In this document: positions 10,801-21,576 of the stretch, in pieces | Numbering within the stretch: the stretch's first letter is position 1 | Layout of the letters: each line of letters opens with the position of its first letter | NCBI RefSeq assembly: GCF_000281045.1 | Contig: NW_008246080.1 | Coordinates: forward strand, 710,845 to 765,153 | Source: Saprolegnia diclina VS20 | Lineage: Eukaryota | Length of the DNA stretch: 54,309 bases | Reading direction: 5' to 3' | Program-made: the position numbers and the translations under genes | Notes under the pieces: generated by a model | The model's input: the letters and a program-made list of their open reading frames with translations, nothing else | Told to the model about the DNA's origin: nothing | The model's database searches: none

Positions 10801-12736
10801 CGTGTAGTATGCAGTACGAGTCGTACTGGAGAAGCCAGGCAGCAATTGAGGCCGTCGTCGTACAGTGTACTGGCCTCTCTGGCGGCCACCACAGGTTCAA
10901 AGGTGCACTCGCCGTGACCAACGTCCTCACTTACTTTGCACTTTCTATCGAACACCACTTACACTGTAAAACTTCGGCGCTTGTCGCAGGTGCGCCTTCG
11001 AACTTCGCTCGAAGGAAACGGGGTGCGAAGTCAAGGCGAAGTTCGAAGGCACCTATGTCCACTGGCACCACGCTGGCGGTCGGAGGAAGGAAGCGCGTAG
11101 TGGATGCTTTTAGGAAATCGCAGTACATTGAGGTTCTGTATGAAATTTACACTGTATGGCAATACATTGTTTCGTGTCGGGCAAAGAGCTAGTAAGTGGA
11201 CACGCTGCGGAGGCGGATGATGTCGGAGCATTGGCGATCGACAGAGGTGGACGTTCTTGGTGCCAAAACTTCAAGGCCACAGGAGGAGGATCGACGGGTG
11301 ATTGTGAGGACAGACCCATTGGCGATGGCACAGCGGCAAGAGGATAGGCGCTGATTGATGTATGTGGGCGCTCATCCTCAGTACGCTTGCACCTTTGCAC
11401 TAGCGTCATCTTCGCTGCGACGATGCTTTCCCGAACCATCACTGGTGATCGTTGGAACACGTTGAAGTGACCATTCTCCCCACCAAGCACAAGCATGGCA
11501 CCGCGGGACCTTCAGCATTTGGAAAAAGGCGAGAGTTCAGAGAACGACGACGGGTGCAACCACCAAAGGATGCGAGGCGGAGGTTGTGGGCAAGCGTGCA
11601 CGGCCTCGCCGCGCGAGATCGTCGGCGGTCTCACAACCAGCACAGCTTGTGTCGTTGATGGATGTGTTTTCAAATTTCATCGCAAGCAGCCAGCAAATAT
11701 TCCTGTGCATTTTCGCTCAGTTTGCCGTTTGTCGTGTCAAAACCAGATGAGTGATTTGCAAAAAGCAAGCAGCGGTCACATTGGGCGCTTGCTTTAAAAT
11801 CTCTGTGCAGATTGACCCTTTTTGTAGCGAGTATTGGATAGCCATGGCGATGCTGGCGCCACTGCTCGTTGTATCCGATACCACGCAAAGACACGTCGTC
11901 GCCGTGCCTTTGCTCCGGTATGTTGCCGTGGACTAGAAGAAGCTACGAGCTCATGGAGAGCCGCCTCGTCACTGCTGCCCTATTGCGATGTGTATCAAAA
12001 CCGCTGCTTGTGACGCGCCGCTCTTTAACTCGTCGTCTCGTCGGCGTCGCTCCGGGCGCTTTTTTGTGCGCTTTGGCTGGCTTATATGGCCTCACGAGTC
12101 TCGTCTTTCGTGTCCTTACGCTTCCCGCAACGCGCCTGCAAATGACGTCGTCTTGGGTCATCGACTTGATAGTGATTGTTACATGGCAGTTGTCGCGGCC
12201 AACGTGCGACGGTCGTCACTCTGCTTTGTGAGGATCTGATGTTCGCGCTTTGATTGGCTCGTCTCTTAGAAAGCACGTGTTCTGATTGGACCCATGGAAA
12301 AATCGATATCGTATTATATTACGCCCGAGAGCATACAAACATCAGTATAGTACTGTAGCGAGCGTCGAAACGACACCAAGGTGGGGGCAAGGTCGATGGC
12401 CATTGCGATCTTCTGCTTGTCGACACGACCACTGCGGCCAGCTTCTCTTCGGGTATTCTCCATTGACTTCTTTTTCGTATCGCGCTTTCGCGCTTATCTC
12501 CAATGGCTTGTCAAACGGTTTGACAAGCTGTACCATGCGTCGCTTTGATTGGCGGAGACCTGTAGATTCAAGCCAATCAGAGTGCAGGCGCTACTTTGCA
12601 CTTTGCCAATCTTTCCGTTTTAGGATATGCCCCGCAAGTCTTTCAGCGCGCTGGCGTCGCCCGATACCTTTGGCACGCAACACCACGTCTACGTCGAGCT
12701 CAAGCTCAAGCTCAAGACCACGCGCAATGGATAACA

Positions 12737-13692
12737 ATGGACGATAAGGCCGCTGCAGACAGGCCGCAGCGTCGAGTCGGCGCACTGCAAACCCCCCATC
12801 CGCGTTCCGCATCTCCAGGCAAAAAAGGACCGCCAAAGTCTCGCCGACAAGGGCGAGGCCGAGTCAGGCGCAGGGACATACCTCCACGCTTATCTGCGTG
12901 GCTCCTGCGCGGTGCCACGTGTAGCACTACGGGGTCGTTATCGACTGCGATTGGTCCGAAGAGCTTGGCAGTCGACTCGTCGTGGATACAGACCACGGAT
13001 GACTTAGCTGACAACTTCCCGTGTCCGTCCCGGACGAGACCTTCCAAGTTGTGACGCTGGCCGCATATGCGCTACGTCCGTTCCATGGCCTCCCAATGGC
13101 ACCCGATCTCGATGAATTCAAGACCACCTTGAAGGAGCTCGTGGCCCGCTTTCTCAGCAACGACCGCCACGCAAACCTCGACGTCTCGGACCTACCGCTC
13201 GACTGCTCGTCGTGGACGCAGCCACCGGATGCGACTTGGCTTTGTGCTTGTTTAACGACATGGCCGTGGGCAAAAGATTGGTGCGTGAAATTCTCGCCTT
13301 TACTCACGCTCAACACCAAGCTAACGGCGACGAGAGCGCGTGTGAGCTGCCCGCACCTCTCGGATTAAGAATTCTAACCCGCGAACGACATCCGACGACG
13401 ACCTTGTAGTCGGTACGCTCTCACTCGTATGCATTGGAGTATTGGCTGTAGAATCCACGGCCAAGAAGGTGGCGCGTCGAGACCCTTGTGCATTAAACCA
13501 CGCCTGACCTCTTACTTACCCGCGTCAGCGATACCCCAAGTACTTATTCCGCAAGCTTGGCTGGATGCGTGGGCTGACCCTCAAGACAGTTCTAAGATCT
13601 TAGGCTCGGTCGTAGCCTCCTCCCGTAGGCAACTCCAAATGTTCAACAGCATACAAGTACGTCATACTCTGGCCACCAACCAAGACAAATAG
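12737..13692 (+). pseudogene. Possible degenerate coding sequence (frameshifted ORF fragments) of unknown family
   Basis: Consecutive plus-strand ORFs 12596..13054, 13021..13368 and 13429..13692 abut in shifting frames. The middle one is protein-like (VSVPDETFQVVTLAAYALRPFHGLPMAPDLDEFKTTLKELVARFLSND). Upstream CCAAT boxes and an INR-like ctactttgcacttt at ~12591. Confidence 0.25.
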
Positions 13693-14173
13693 GCACACAC
13701 TCGTAGTAGCTTTGCCTCGGAAGCTTCGTGGCATTGTCGTACCTTATGTATGGCATCCCACTATGTCGAGCTCACAACGATGGTCGTTCACTAATTTACC
13801 AGTGCTTCGCGGCTAGTCTATTCTAGTCGGAAGCGGTACTGGTGAGCCATCTTGGTCAGTCGGCAGCATGGCGGCCTGTCGTGTACTTGGTGTTTGTATA
13901 CACGGTGCCGCTGAGTCATCGGCCACTTGGTGGGCGAATGACTCATCGGCGACCAGTCTTTTGCCCTTTGGGGACGCCTCTGATTGGCTGATATTCCGGC
14001 GCGTAGGGTAGGGTTCTCGCACGCCTTGAAGTAGCACGTGTCTTTTAATGACGTCATTCATTGTTTCCACACATCTACACTTGCTTTTACTATCCAACAT
14101 TTGCATAATAATTTAATGAGGCGCATATTATTTTGGGGCGCCAGATGGCACTGTCGACCTCGTCGGGTCGATT

Positions 14174-14189
14174 GCACTTTGCAACTTGC
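14174..14189 (+). promoter_or_regulatory. Oomycete INR/FPR-like core promoter of NadA
   Basis: gcactttgcaacttgc ~20-35 nt upstream of ATG 14210; resembles the YCAYTYY + MWTTTNC oomycete initiator/flanking motif. Confidence 0.45.
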
Positions 14190-14209
14190 GCCTTGCTACG
14201 CACTTCGCC

Positions 14210-15972
14210 ATGTTCGCCGCCGCCCGCGCCCATGTCCTCCGCCGCACCGCTGCCCGCCGCTTCTCGTCGGCGTGGGAGAAGCCCTTCCCGTCGATCCTCG
14301 TACGTGCAGCATGGAACGACGTAGGCAAGTTGACAAGCGCTCTGTGTAGATTGCCAAGGACAGCGTGTCGGCGCAAGGCTCGTTTGCCGAGGCGCAAGCC
14401 ACGTACTTGCAGCCCAACATGGCGTCCGTGAAGGAGCTCGACGCGCTCCTCGAGAAGAAGAAGCTCGGGATCGTGGCGCATTTTTACATGGACCCGGAGC
14501 TCCAAGGCGTCCTCTCGTCGCTCAAGTGGCCGCACACGCTGGTCGCAGACTCGCTTGCGATGGGCGAAGCCGCGGCCGTCATGGCCAAGAACGGCGCCAA
14601 GGCCGTCGCATGCCTCGGCGTCGACTTTATGTCGGAGAGCGTCCGTGCCAACTTGGATTCGAACGGCTTCCATGACATTCCCGTCTACCGTCTCTCGAAG
14701 AAGAAGATTGGGTGCAGCTTGGCCGAGTCGGCCGAGAAGGCTGCGTACATGGCGTACCTGACCAAGGCCGCGGCGACGCCCAACAGCCTCCACGTGGTGT
14801 ACATCAACACGTCGCTCAAGAGCAAGGCGTGGGCCCACAACATCATCCCGACCATCACGTGCACCTCGTCCAACGTCGTTCAGACGATTTTGCACGCCGA
14901 TGCGCAGATCCCGGGCCTCAACATCTGGTACGCTCCGCTCTTAGCGCGATGATCATGGCTGAGTTGTTGCCTAGGTATGGCCCGGACACGTACATGGGCG
15001 AGAACCTCGAGCAGATGTTCCGCCATTTGGCGACCTTGCCGGACGAGAAGATTCGCCAGATCCACCCCAAGCACACGAGCAAGACGTACGTAATGACTTT
15101 GGACGCATCTGGATCCTCATCATTGGCGCTTTGTGTAGCATCACGTCGCTTCTCAAGCGCTTCGACTACTTTAAGGAAGGCAACTGCGTCGTGCACCACA
15201 TGTTTGGCGACAAGGTCGACAATATTGTCTATCCTTTTGACTCAATTTTGGTATCTAGGTCACGCAGCGCGTCCGGGAGCAGTACAGCGACGTGTACCAA
15301 ACTGCCCATTTTGAAGTGCCCGGCGAGATGTTTACGCTCGCGATGGAGGCCCAGAACCAAGGCCGCGGCGTGGTCGGCTCGACGTCCAACATTCTCAACT
15401 TTATCAAGGCCAAGACCAACGACGCGATCGCGGCCAACTCGAGCGAGAAGCTGCGCTTTGTGCTCGGCACGGAGGCCGGCATGATCACGTCGATCGTGCG
15501 CGGTGTGCAGCAGACGCTCCAAGCGAGCACGGGCTCGTCGACGCCGCAAGTTGAAATCATCTTTCCTGTCGCCGCCGATGCGATCGCCAAGGACGACGAG
15601 AACAACGTGGTGCCTGGTGTCCAAGGCGGCGAAGGCTGCTCGACCGCCGGTGGCTGCGCGACGTGTCCGTTCATGAAGATGAACGACTTGGACGCGCTCT
15701 TTGACGTCGTCGAAGGCGTCGACCTCAGCGCGCCGACGGACCCACTCGCGGCCTACCACCCGCAGACGTACAGCGAGCGCATCCACGGCAAGACCATCTC
15801 GCAGGTTGGGGTCGCGCCCATTTTGCACATGCGTTCGTTCATGGAGGTACGACGACGCTACCTTGCGCTGGTTGACTAATTGATGGTGTAGAACCAGCGC
15901 TTGTCGGACGCATTGGTCAAGGACATTGCGACCCGGACGCCGGGCGCCGGGTGCCCGGAGGCGCGCGCCTAA
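14210..15972 (+). CDS. nadA: Quinolinate synthase (NadA, plant/algal type), multi-exon, with N-terminal targeting-like peptide
   Basis: GIVAHFYMDPELQGVL, ADSLAM, LGVDFMSE, IGCSLAE, HVVYINTSLKSKA, TITCTSSNVVQTIL, YGPDTYMGEN, GNCVVHHMF, AHFEVPGEMF, GSTSNIL, LGTEAGM, GGCATCPFMKMN; three Fe-S cysteines present. First intron 14300-14349; stop TAA 15970-15972. Confidence 0.93.
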
Positions 15973-16098
15973 GTACTGAGTGGAGATTGGAAATAGATAT
16001 ATATATGTATTTGAAACATTGATACTTGGACGAAACGCGCACGCAAATAGTGTCGAATCGCCGGAAGATCCACGTATGGGAGTTGCGAAACCATAAGA

Positions 16099-18704
16099 AT
16101 GGACAGCAAGCCGCTCGACGATCCATCGGCGACGTCGGACGCCGAGACCGCGCCCGTCGTGTACGTCCACCTGATGGATCCGACGCGCTCATGGTGCGTC
16201 TGCACAGGCCACGCGCGACGAAGGGCCCGCCCAAGATGGCGCCGCCCAAGGCCGACGACAAGGCCGACGACAGCGTAGGCAGCCCTATTCTAGCAGGTAT
16301 GTAGAATTATATGTAGGTGGACGCAGTCAAGAAGCCCAAGAAGAAGGCGCCGCCGCCGCCGTCGGGCGCGCCACCCAAGTCGGCAGCCGCGGCCCTCCGC
16401 GCCAAGACGAACGGATCGCCGCCGTCGTCGCCGCAGCCCAAAGTCAACGCGTCCGTGCAAAAGATTCGATCGGCTGCGCTCGCTGACAGCAGCGGCAGCA
16501 AGGAAGGCGACGGCGAGAAGCCAAAGCCCAAGAAGAAGCCACCGCCACCGTCGTCGGCGCCACCGCCCGAGGTAGCTGATGCGGATGCCAAGGCCAGCAC
16601 CAACGAGGAGGCCAAGCTTGAGGCCAAGCCCAAGCCGAAGAAGAAGCCGCCGCCACCGTCCAAGGCGCCACCGCCCACGTCGCCGCCGGTGCACGAGGCC
16701 AAGGCCGAGACCGAGCTTTCACTCGAGGTCGAGAAGCCGAAAAAGAAGGTCGTCAAGAAGGCGCCACCGCAGCATGTTGATGTCTTGGCCACTGCACCCG
16801 TGGACGAGCCGGCTTACGTGGCACCCAAGCCGACACCCGCGGTCGCAGCACTGCCCAAGCGACGCAGCATCGCTGAGCTGCTCAACGAAGGCAACGACGG
16901 CGGCGTCGTGCGTAAGAACACGACTGCGCTCATGGAAGAAATCGCGCTGCAGCCAAAGAACCAAGACGTATTTACGCCCATGGCGATGGGGCCGACGACG
17001 GGGAAGGCGGCGCCCATGAGCTCGTCGAACCGGCGCCACATCGACGACGAAGAGACGTTGACGGTGACGCGTCAAGTCAAGAAGCAGCCGCCAGTGGTCG
17101 TGGCCAAACCGGCGCTGGACACGAGCATGGACGACGACATTGAGGAGATTCCGTTCCTCGAGGCGGCCGACGCCAAGGGAGACGATGAGGCAAAGGACCC
17201 GGAGATTGTGATGGAGAAGGCTGCGCCGCGCAGCACGACCCAGCACGATAAGGTCGACGAGCCCAGCGACAACAACGACAACAGTGCGACGCACCCGCTA
17301 CCCAAGTCCAAGACGGCGCTCGCCGACGCGCTCTACAGCGAAATGAAGCAGCTTGAATCCATGGGCAAGGAAGACCTCCATCGACGGCTCCAGGACAGCA
17401 AGCAAGACGACGCCGACGACGCCAAGAAACTGACACCCACCGACGATGACGAGACCGAGCAGTCGGTCGAGGCCAAGCCGAAAAAATCCCGCAAAACCAA
17501 GGCCAAGACCGTCGACGAAGCCAAGCGAGTGTTTGAGGTACCAACTTTGCTCCTTTTTGTTCATTTTGAAACTCTGGGGAATGCTAGTACTTCAACCCGA
17601 AGCGCGTGCCCTATGTCCCCAACCACTTGCTCGACTTTGTGACGCGACCGCTCGAAGCCGGGCGCGGGCATGTGCTCAAGTGTTTTATCGAGCGGAATCG
17701 CGTTGGCCAAAACCGCGTACGGACGATTGCTTGGATTGATATATTGATACATGGAGGTCGACTAGCTCTCGCCGGTGTACACGCTCTTGGTCGAAGTCAA
17801 CAGCTCGAGCGGCCGGCCGATCTTATACTGTCGGCAAAAAGCCACGAGCCAATTTTCGTCGCACTTTGTGTTTAGCCTTAACAAGTATCCGCTCTCTTTT
17901 GGATTCTTGGAGTATAACGAAATGGATAGGGAAGACCTCTTCTTGTCGCGTGCGATGCGCAGCAAGCAGTTTCTCGGCAAGCTGCGCTCGGACACGCGCA
18001 AGATGGAGTATGCGCTCTTTGACCAAGGCGACAACCCAGAAGACATTGACTCGGACTGCGAGATTGATGACGAGATTCGCCAGCACATTCGCGCGCAATT
18101 GTGCATCATTCGCTACCACAACATGAAAAAGGTACGTCGACTGGCGCTCGTGCTCTGGCGACAAGCGACGTAGGACCACCCTCGCAAGATGGAAGTCATC
18201 ATTCCGTCCATCAACGAGACTGGCACCGGGTATCTCGACTGGCGCCCCATCACGCGCGACCAAGCGATGGAGACGCTCTTCAACGAAATTTCGCAAAAGG
18301 TATGCTATCCATCTATCAAGTTGATAGTGAAGAAAGTGTAGGGCGGTGAAAATGTAATCGAAGCCGACAAGTTTATCTGCATGCACAAGCGTGAGACGCA
18401 GTACGACCCGCTCTCGTCCTGCATTGTCGACTTTCGCAGCCGGGCGACGTGCGTCTCGGTCAAGAATTTTCAAATGGTGCACTCGCAGCCGCTCGACCAA
18501 GACCGGTACCGTGACGCGTACATCGCCGCGCACGCCGGCTACCACTACGACGACGAGGGGACCGTGAGTGTGCCCCAAGAGCACGTGCTCTTGCAGATGG
18601 GCCGTGTCGGGCAAAACTGCTTCAATATGGACTTCCAGTATCCGCTCTCGATGCTCCAAGCGTTTGCGATTTGCATTTCCCGCTTTGATTCCAAGCAAAA
18701 ATAA
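16099..18704 (+). CDS. Tubby-domain protein with long Pro/Lys-rich disordered N-terminus, multi-exon
   Basis: Spliced start MDSKPLDDPSATSDAETAPVV-PRATKGPPK joins ORF 16317..17642. C-terminal Tubby motifs: LKCFIERNR, FLGKLRSD, PRKMEVIIP, DFRSRATCVSVKNFQMV, LLQMGRVGQNCFNMDFQYPLSMLQAFAICISRFDSK. Confidence 0.9.
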
Positions 18705-18724
18705 GCCAAAAAAGCGCTCGCTTT

Positions 18725-19838
18725 TTACATTTCATTGTCGTCGTCGTCGTCTCTATCGTTGCTCTGGACTCGACCAGAGAGCTCGTGCATGAGGTACTTC
18801 ATGTCGTTGACAATCGTGGTTTGCTCGGACGGCGTCGCGAGAAGGTACATGTCTTGCATCATTTCCGCCTGCGCGATCCACTCAGCGTCTTGTCCCAGCG
18901 GATAACTCTTACCTTCTTGGCAAGGTCCAGACGCTCGAAATACGTCGTCCAGGGCGCTAACGGGTTGTGAGTCGAGCGATTTAGCGTCACAGGGTACTGG
19001 GAATCGAAAGCTCTTCGTAGTTGACAGCCGGGATAGGCTCCATGTCATTGGACGAATACTTCGAGATACGGCTCGCTACGCAAACAGCCATGACAAATTG
19101 GCTTGCATAAACAAGAGCTAGAGTGTACGGGCACTGGCCCCCGCAAGGAGCTCGAGGAACCGCATGAAGAACGCAAACCGTTCCGGCTTGCTCGACTGGT
19201 TCCAAAAGAGCACGAGGAGACCGAGGCGCATCTTGGTGTCTGCAGCATATACATACATATCGCCGTGTGAAAATGGTGTGCTCTACCCGACAAGTGCGCG
19301 TACACTTGCGTCCACTCATCCCGCGTCCGAATCGTTTTCTAGCTAGCTATAAGAAAAAGTGAGTATTACATCGACAGTACCTCGCGGTCAATCTTGTCGG
19401 CGAGCTTTTTTGTCGACGCAATCTTGGCTTGCACCTCGCGCGTCTTACTGCCGAGCTTGGCAGCGTGCTCGTACGCGGTTTGCGCGCGGCGGACATGGCC
19501 CAACGCCTCGAGCGCTTGGCCTTGCCGAAAATACCCCTAACCCCATGGAACCCTATTCCACGTCGATCCCGATCGCACCTTGGCCCACTGCGGATCGAGC
19601 GCAATGGCTGCTTCGGCGTCGCGCAAGGCGTCGTCAAACTTTTGCAGGTGGAAGCGGGCGGCCGACCGGTTGCCAAAGAGCGCCTATGGCAACGTCAGTC
19701 GATGAGAGCATCGTCGACTGGTCGTACGTGTTGGCGCGGGTCTTGCAGAATTGCTTTGGCGTACAGCGCCTCGGCTTCGTCGTAGCGCTTGGCCTCGAAC
19801 GCGTCGTTGCCTTGGGCGCGGAGGTCGTTGCTCGCCAT
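18725..19838 (-). CDS. TPR-repeat protein (STI1/SGT-like N-terminal TPR domain), multi-exon
   Basis: Spliced minus-strand translation MASNDLRAQGNDAFEAKRYDEAEALYAKAILQDPRQH-LFGNRSAARFHLQKFDDALRDAEAAIALDPQWAK-GYFRQGQALEALG gives three canonical TPRs. Last exon ends ...ELSGRVQSNDRDDDDDNEM* at 18725. Confidence 0.85.
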
Positions 19839-20272
19839 TGGAATGCTGAGTCGACCAAACGATTATGCGCCGTCCCAGAAGTGTACTCTGCAATGGCTTC
19901 GATTTTCGAATCCCACCGCTCAACCGACTCCAACTGCAGACGCTTGGACAACGACCACCAACGGTCCTCGTCCGACCGTGGCGACGCTAGCTCAATGGTC
20001 CAACGGGAGAGATGGTGCTATGATGTGCAAGTTTCGCGCTCCGTGTCCAGCACATGTAGTAGCTAGCTAGCCATTCGCGTACGCTCGGCTTAGTCAAAGT
20101 CCTCGTTGCTACATCCAACGAAAGGTAATATAGTACGCTCACGCAGCGTCGTCGTACTTGTGCTGCTACCTGCATTGCCCGCCAGCTTGACGCCATTAAG
20201 TTGCGTGTGCATAGCCCCTGGACTGGAATCCCGGCCTGAATTATTATCCGGACAGCAAATATTTGGAGCACA

Positions 20273-20582
20273 ATGATGAAGAGTGCGTGGCCGTCGACCT
20301 TGTCGTCCGTGGTGCTGAGACTGCGGATAGATCCGTACGAGGAGAAGCACAAGGCGCTGCTGACGCGCATCACGGGCTCGGTCGTGCGCCTCAACGACGT
20401 CATCAAGGAGATCAACACGCAGCTCGAGGTACGAGGTCGCTGAATGCACGCAACCTGCAATGGGACGGTAGCAAAATGAAAAGTACTACGCCGAGATCGA
20501 GTACACGAGCAGCATCTGGGTCGGCTACAAGAAGCGCGTGCAGGCGTACCGGCCGGCGGCGACCGACGAGGTTGCTGCGTGA
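20273..20582 (+). CDS. DAD4: DASH/Dam1 kinetochore complex subunit Dad4, three exons
   Basis: Introns 20283-20330 and ~20429-20471 give MMKNPYEEKHKALLTRITGSVVRLNDVIKEINTQLEQNEKYYAEIEYTSSIWVGYKKRVQAYRPAATDEVAA* (~72 aa). This matches the Dad4 pattern MENPHE..Q..LL.RI...V..LNE.....N..L.......W..Y...V. Confidence 0.78.
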
Positions 20583-21576
20583 GCTGCCATCACCTCGGCG
20601 CGTCTCGGATTACGTCATCGGTTATTTTTGAATGAACGCCCGGCAGATATGCGATGTGGGAGGTACTTGCGTGCGAATAGCCACTAGAGATTGCTCGTGA
20701 CGTTGTACAGTATTTCCGGGTGCAACAGGATGACTGGATTACTGTGCAGCGTTCGAGAAGGGAGGTTTGGAATCTGCCATCTATATACACAAGGCGACGT
20801 ATGCGAATCGTCGGCTACGTACTACCGGTAGTACCGGCGATGCTATCGCATCTTGGTGCAGTCAAAGGTTCATTCTGGGAGGATCTCGCACCATCGAAAC
20901 GAGCGGATTCGAAAATCAACGGAAATTAGTGTGTCGACGTGAGCCCGTCACGCACAGGATGAAGTTGAACTTGGGCGCATAAAGGCACGTGAGGCGCTCC
21001 GTGTCTCCTTGTCGCAACCGACTCGCAATTCCTTAAAGATCAACAAGCAGACAATTCGTAGCCATCCACCTCGATACGGTAGCTGCCACGAGGCGCTGCA
21101 ACGGGCCGCGATTTGCTGTTAAGGGTGTACTTAGTAGTTCTCAATGTGACGGTCAAGTGGGTTCCAAAGGCTGTAGCGTTGGTATCGCATCCGGTCCTTC
21201 CTTTTGTGCTGGACACAAATCGCTACGTATCGCTCCTGCGACAAAGATAGCATATCTTACGAAGAGTACTGTAGTCGACGAGGGGCTCGCAAGTCGACTG
21301 GCCTCGGTCGAGCACTCAAGGAGAAGCCACGAGCGATCTTTGGCACTTGGTTGACACGCACACTAATTCGTGTGACTAATCGGAGGCAGAAACAGGATCT
21401 GGAGCTTGGCGTTTGTATCCCGGGAACCGCGATGCGATAAAATACGAAAATACTGTGTAAAATCGAAAATAAAATAAAAACACGCCATTTTCAAGCCAAA
21501 GTGAGCCGGTGGCGGCTCCCTCTCTAAATTTATACTGCTGCATTCGGTTCAGCGCGAGCGCAGTAGCGGATCCGGC

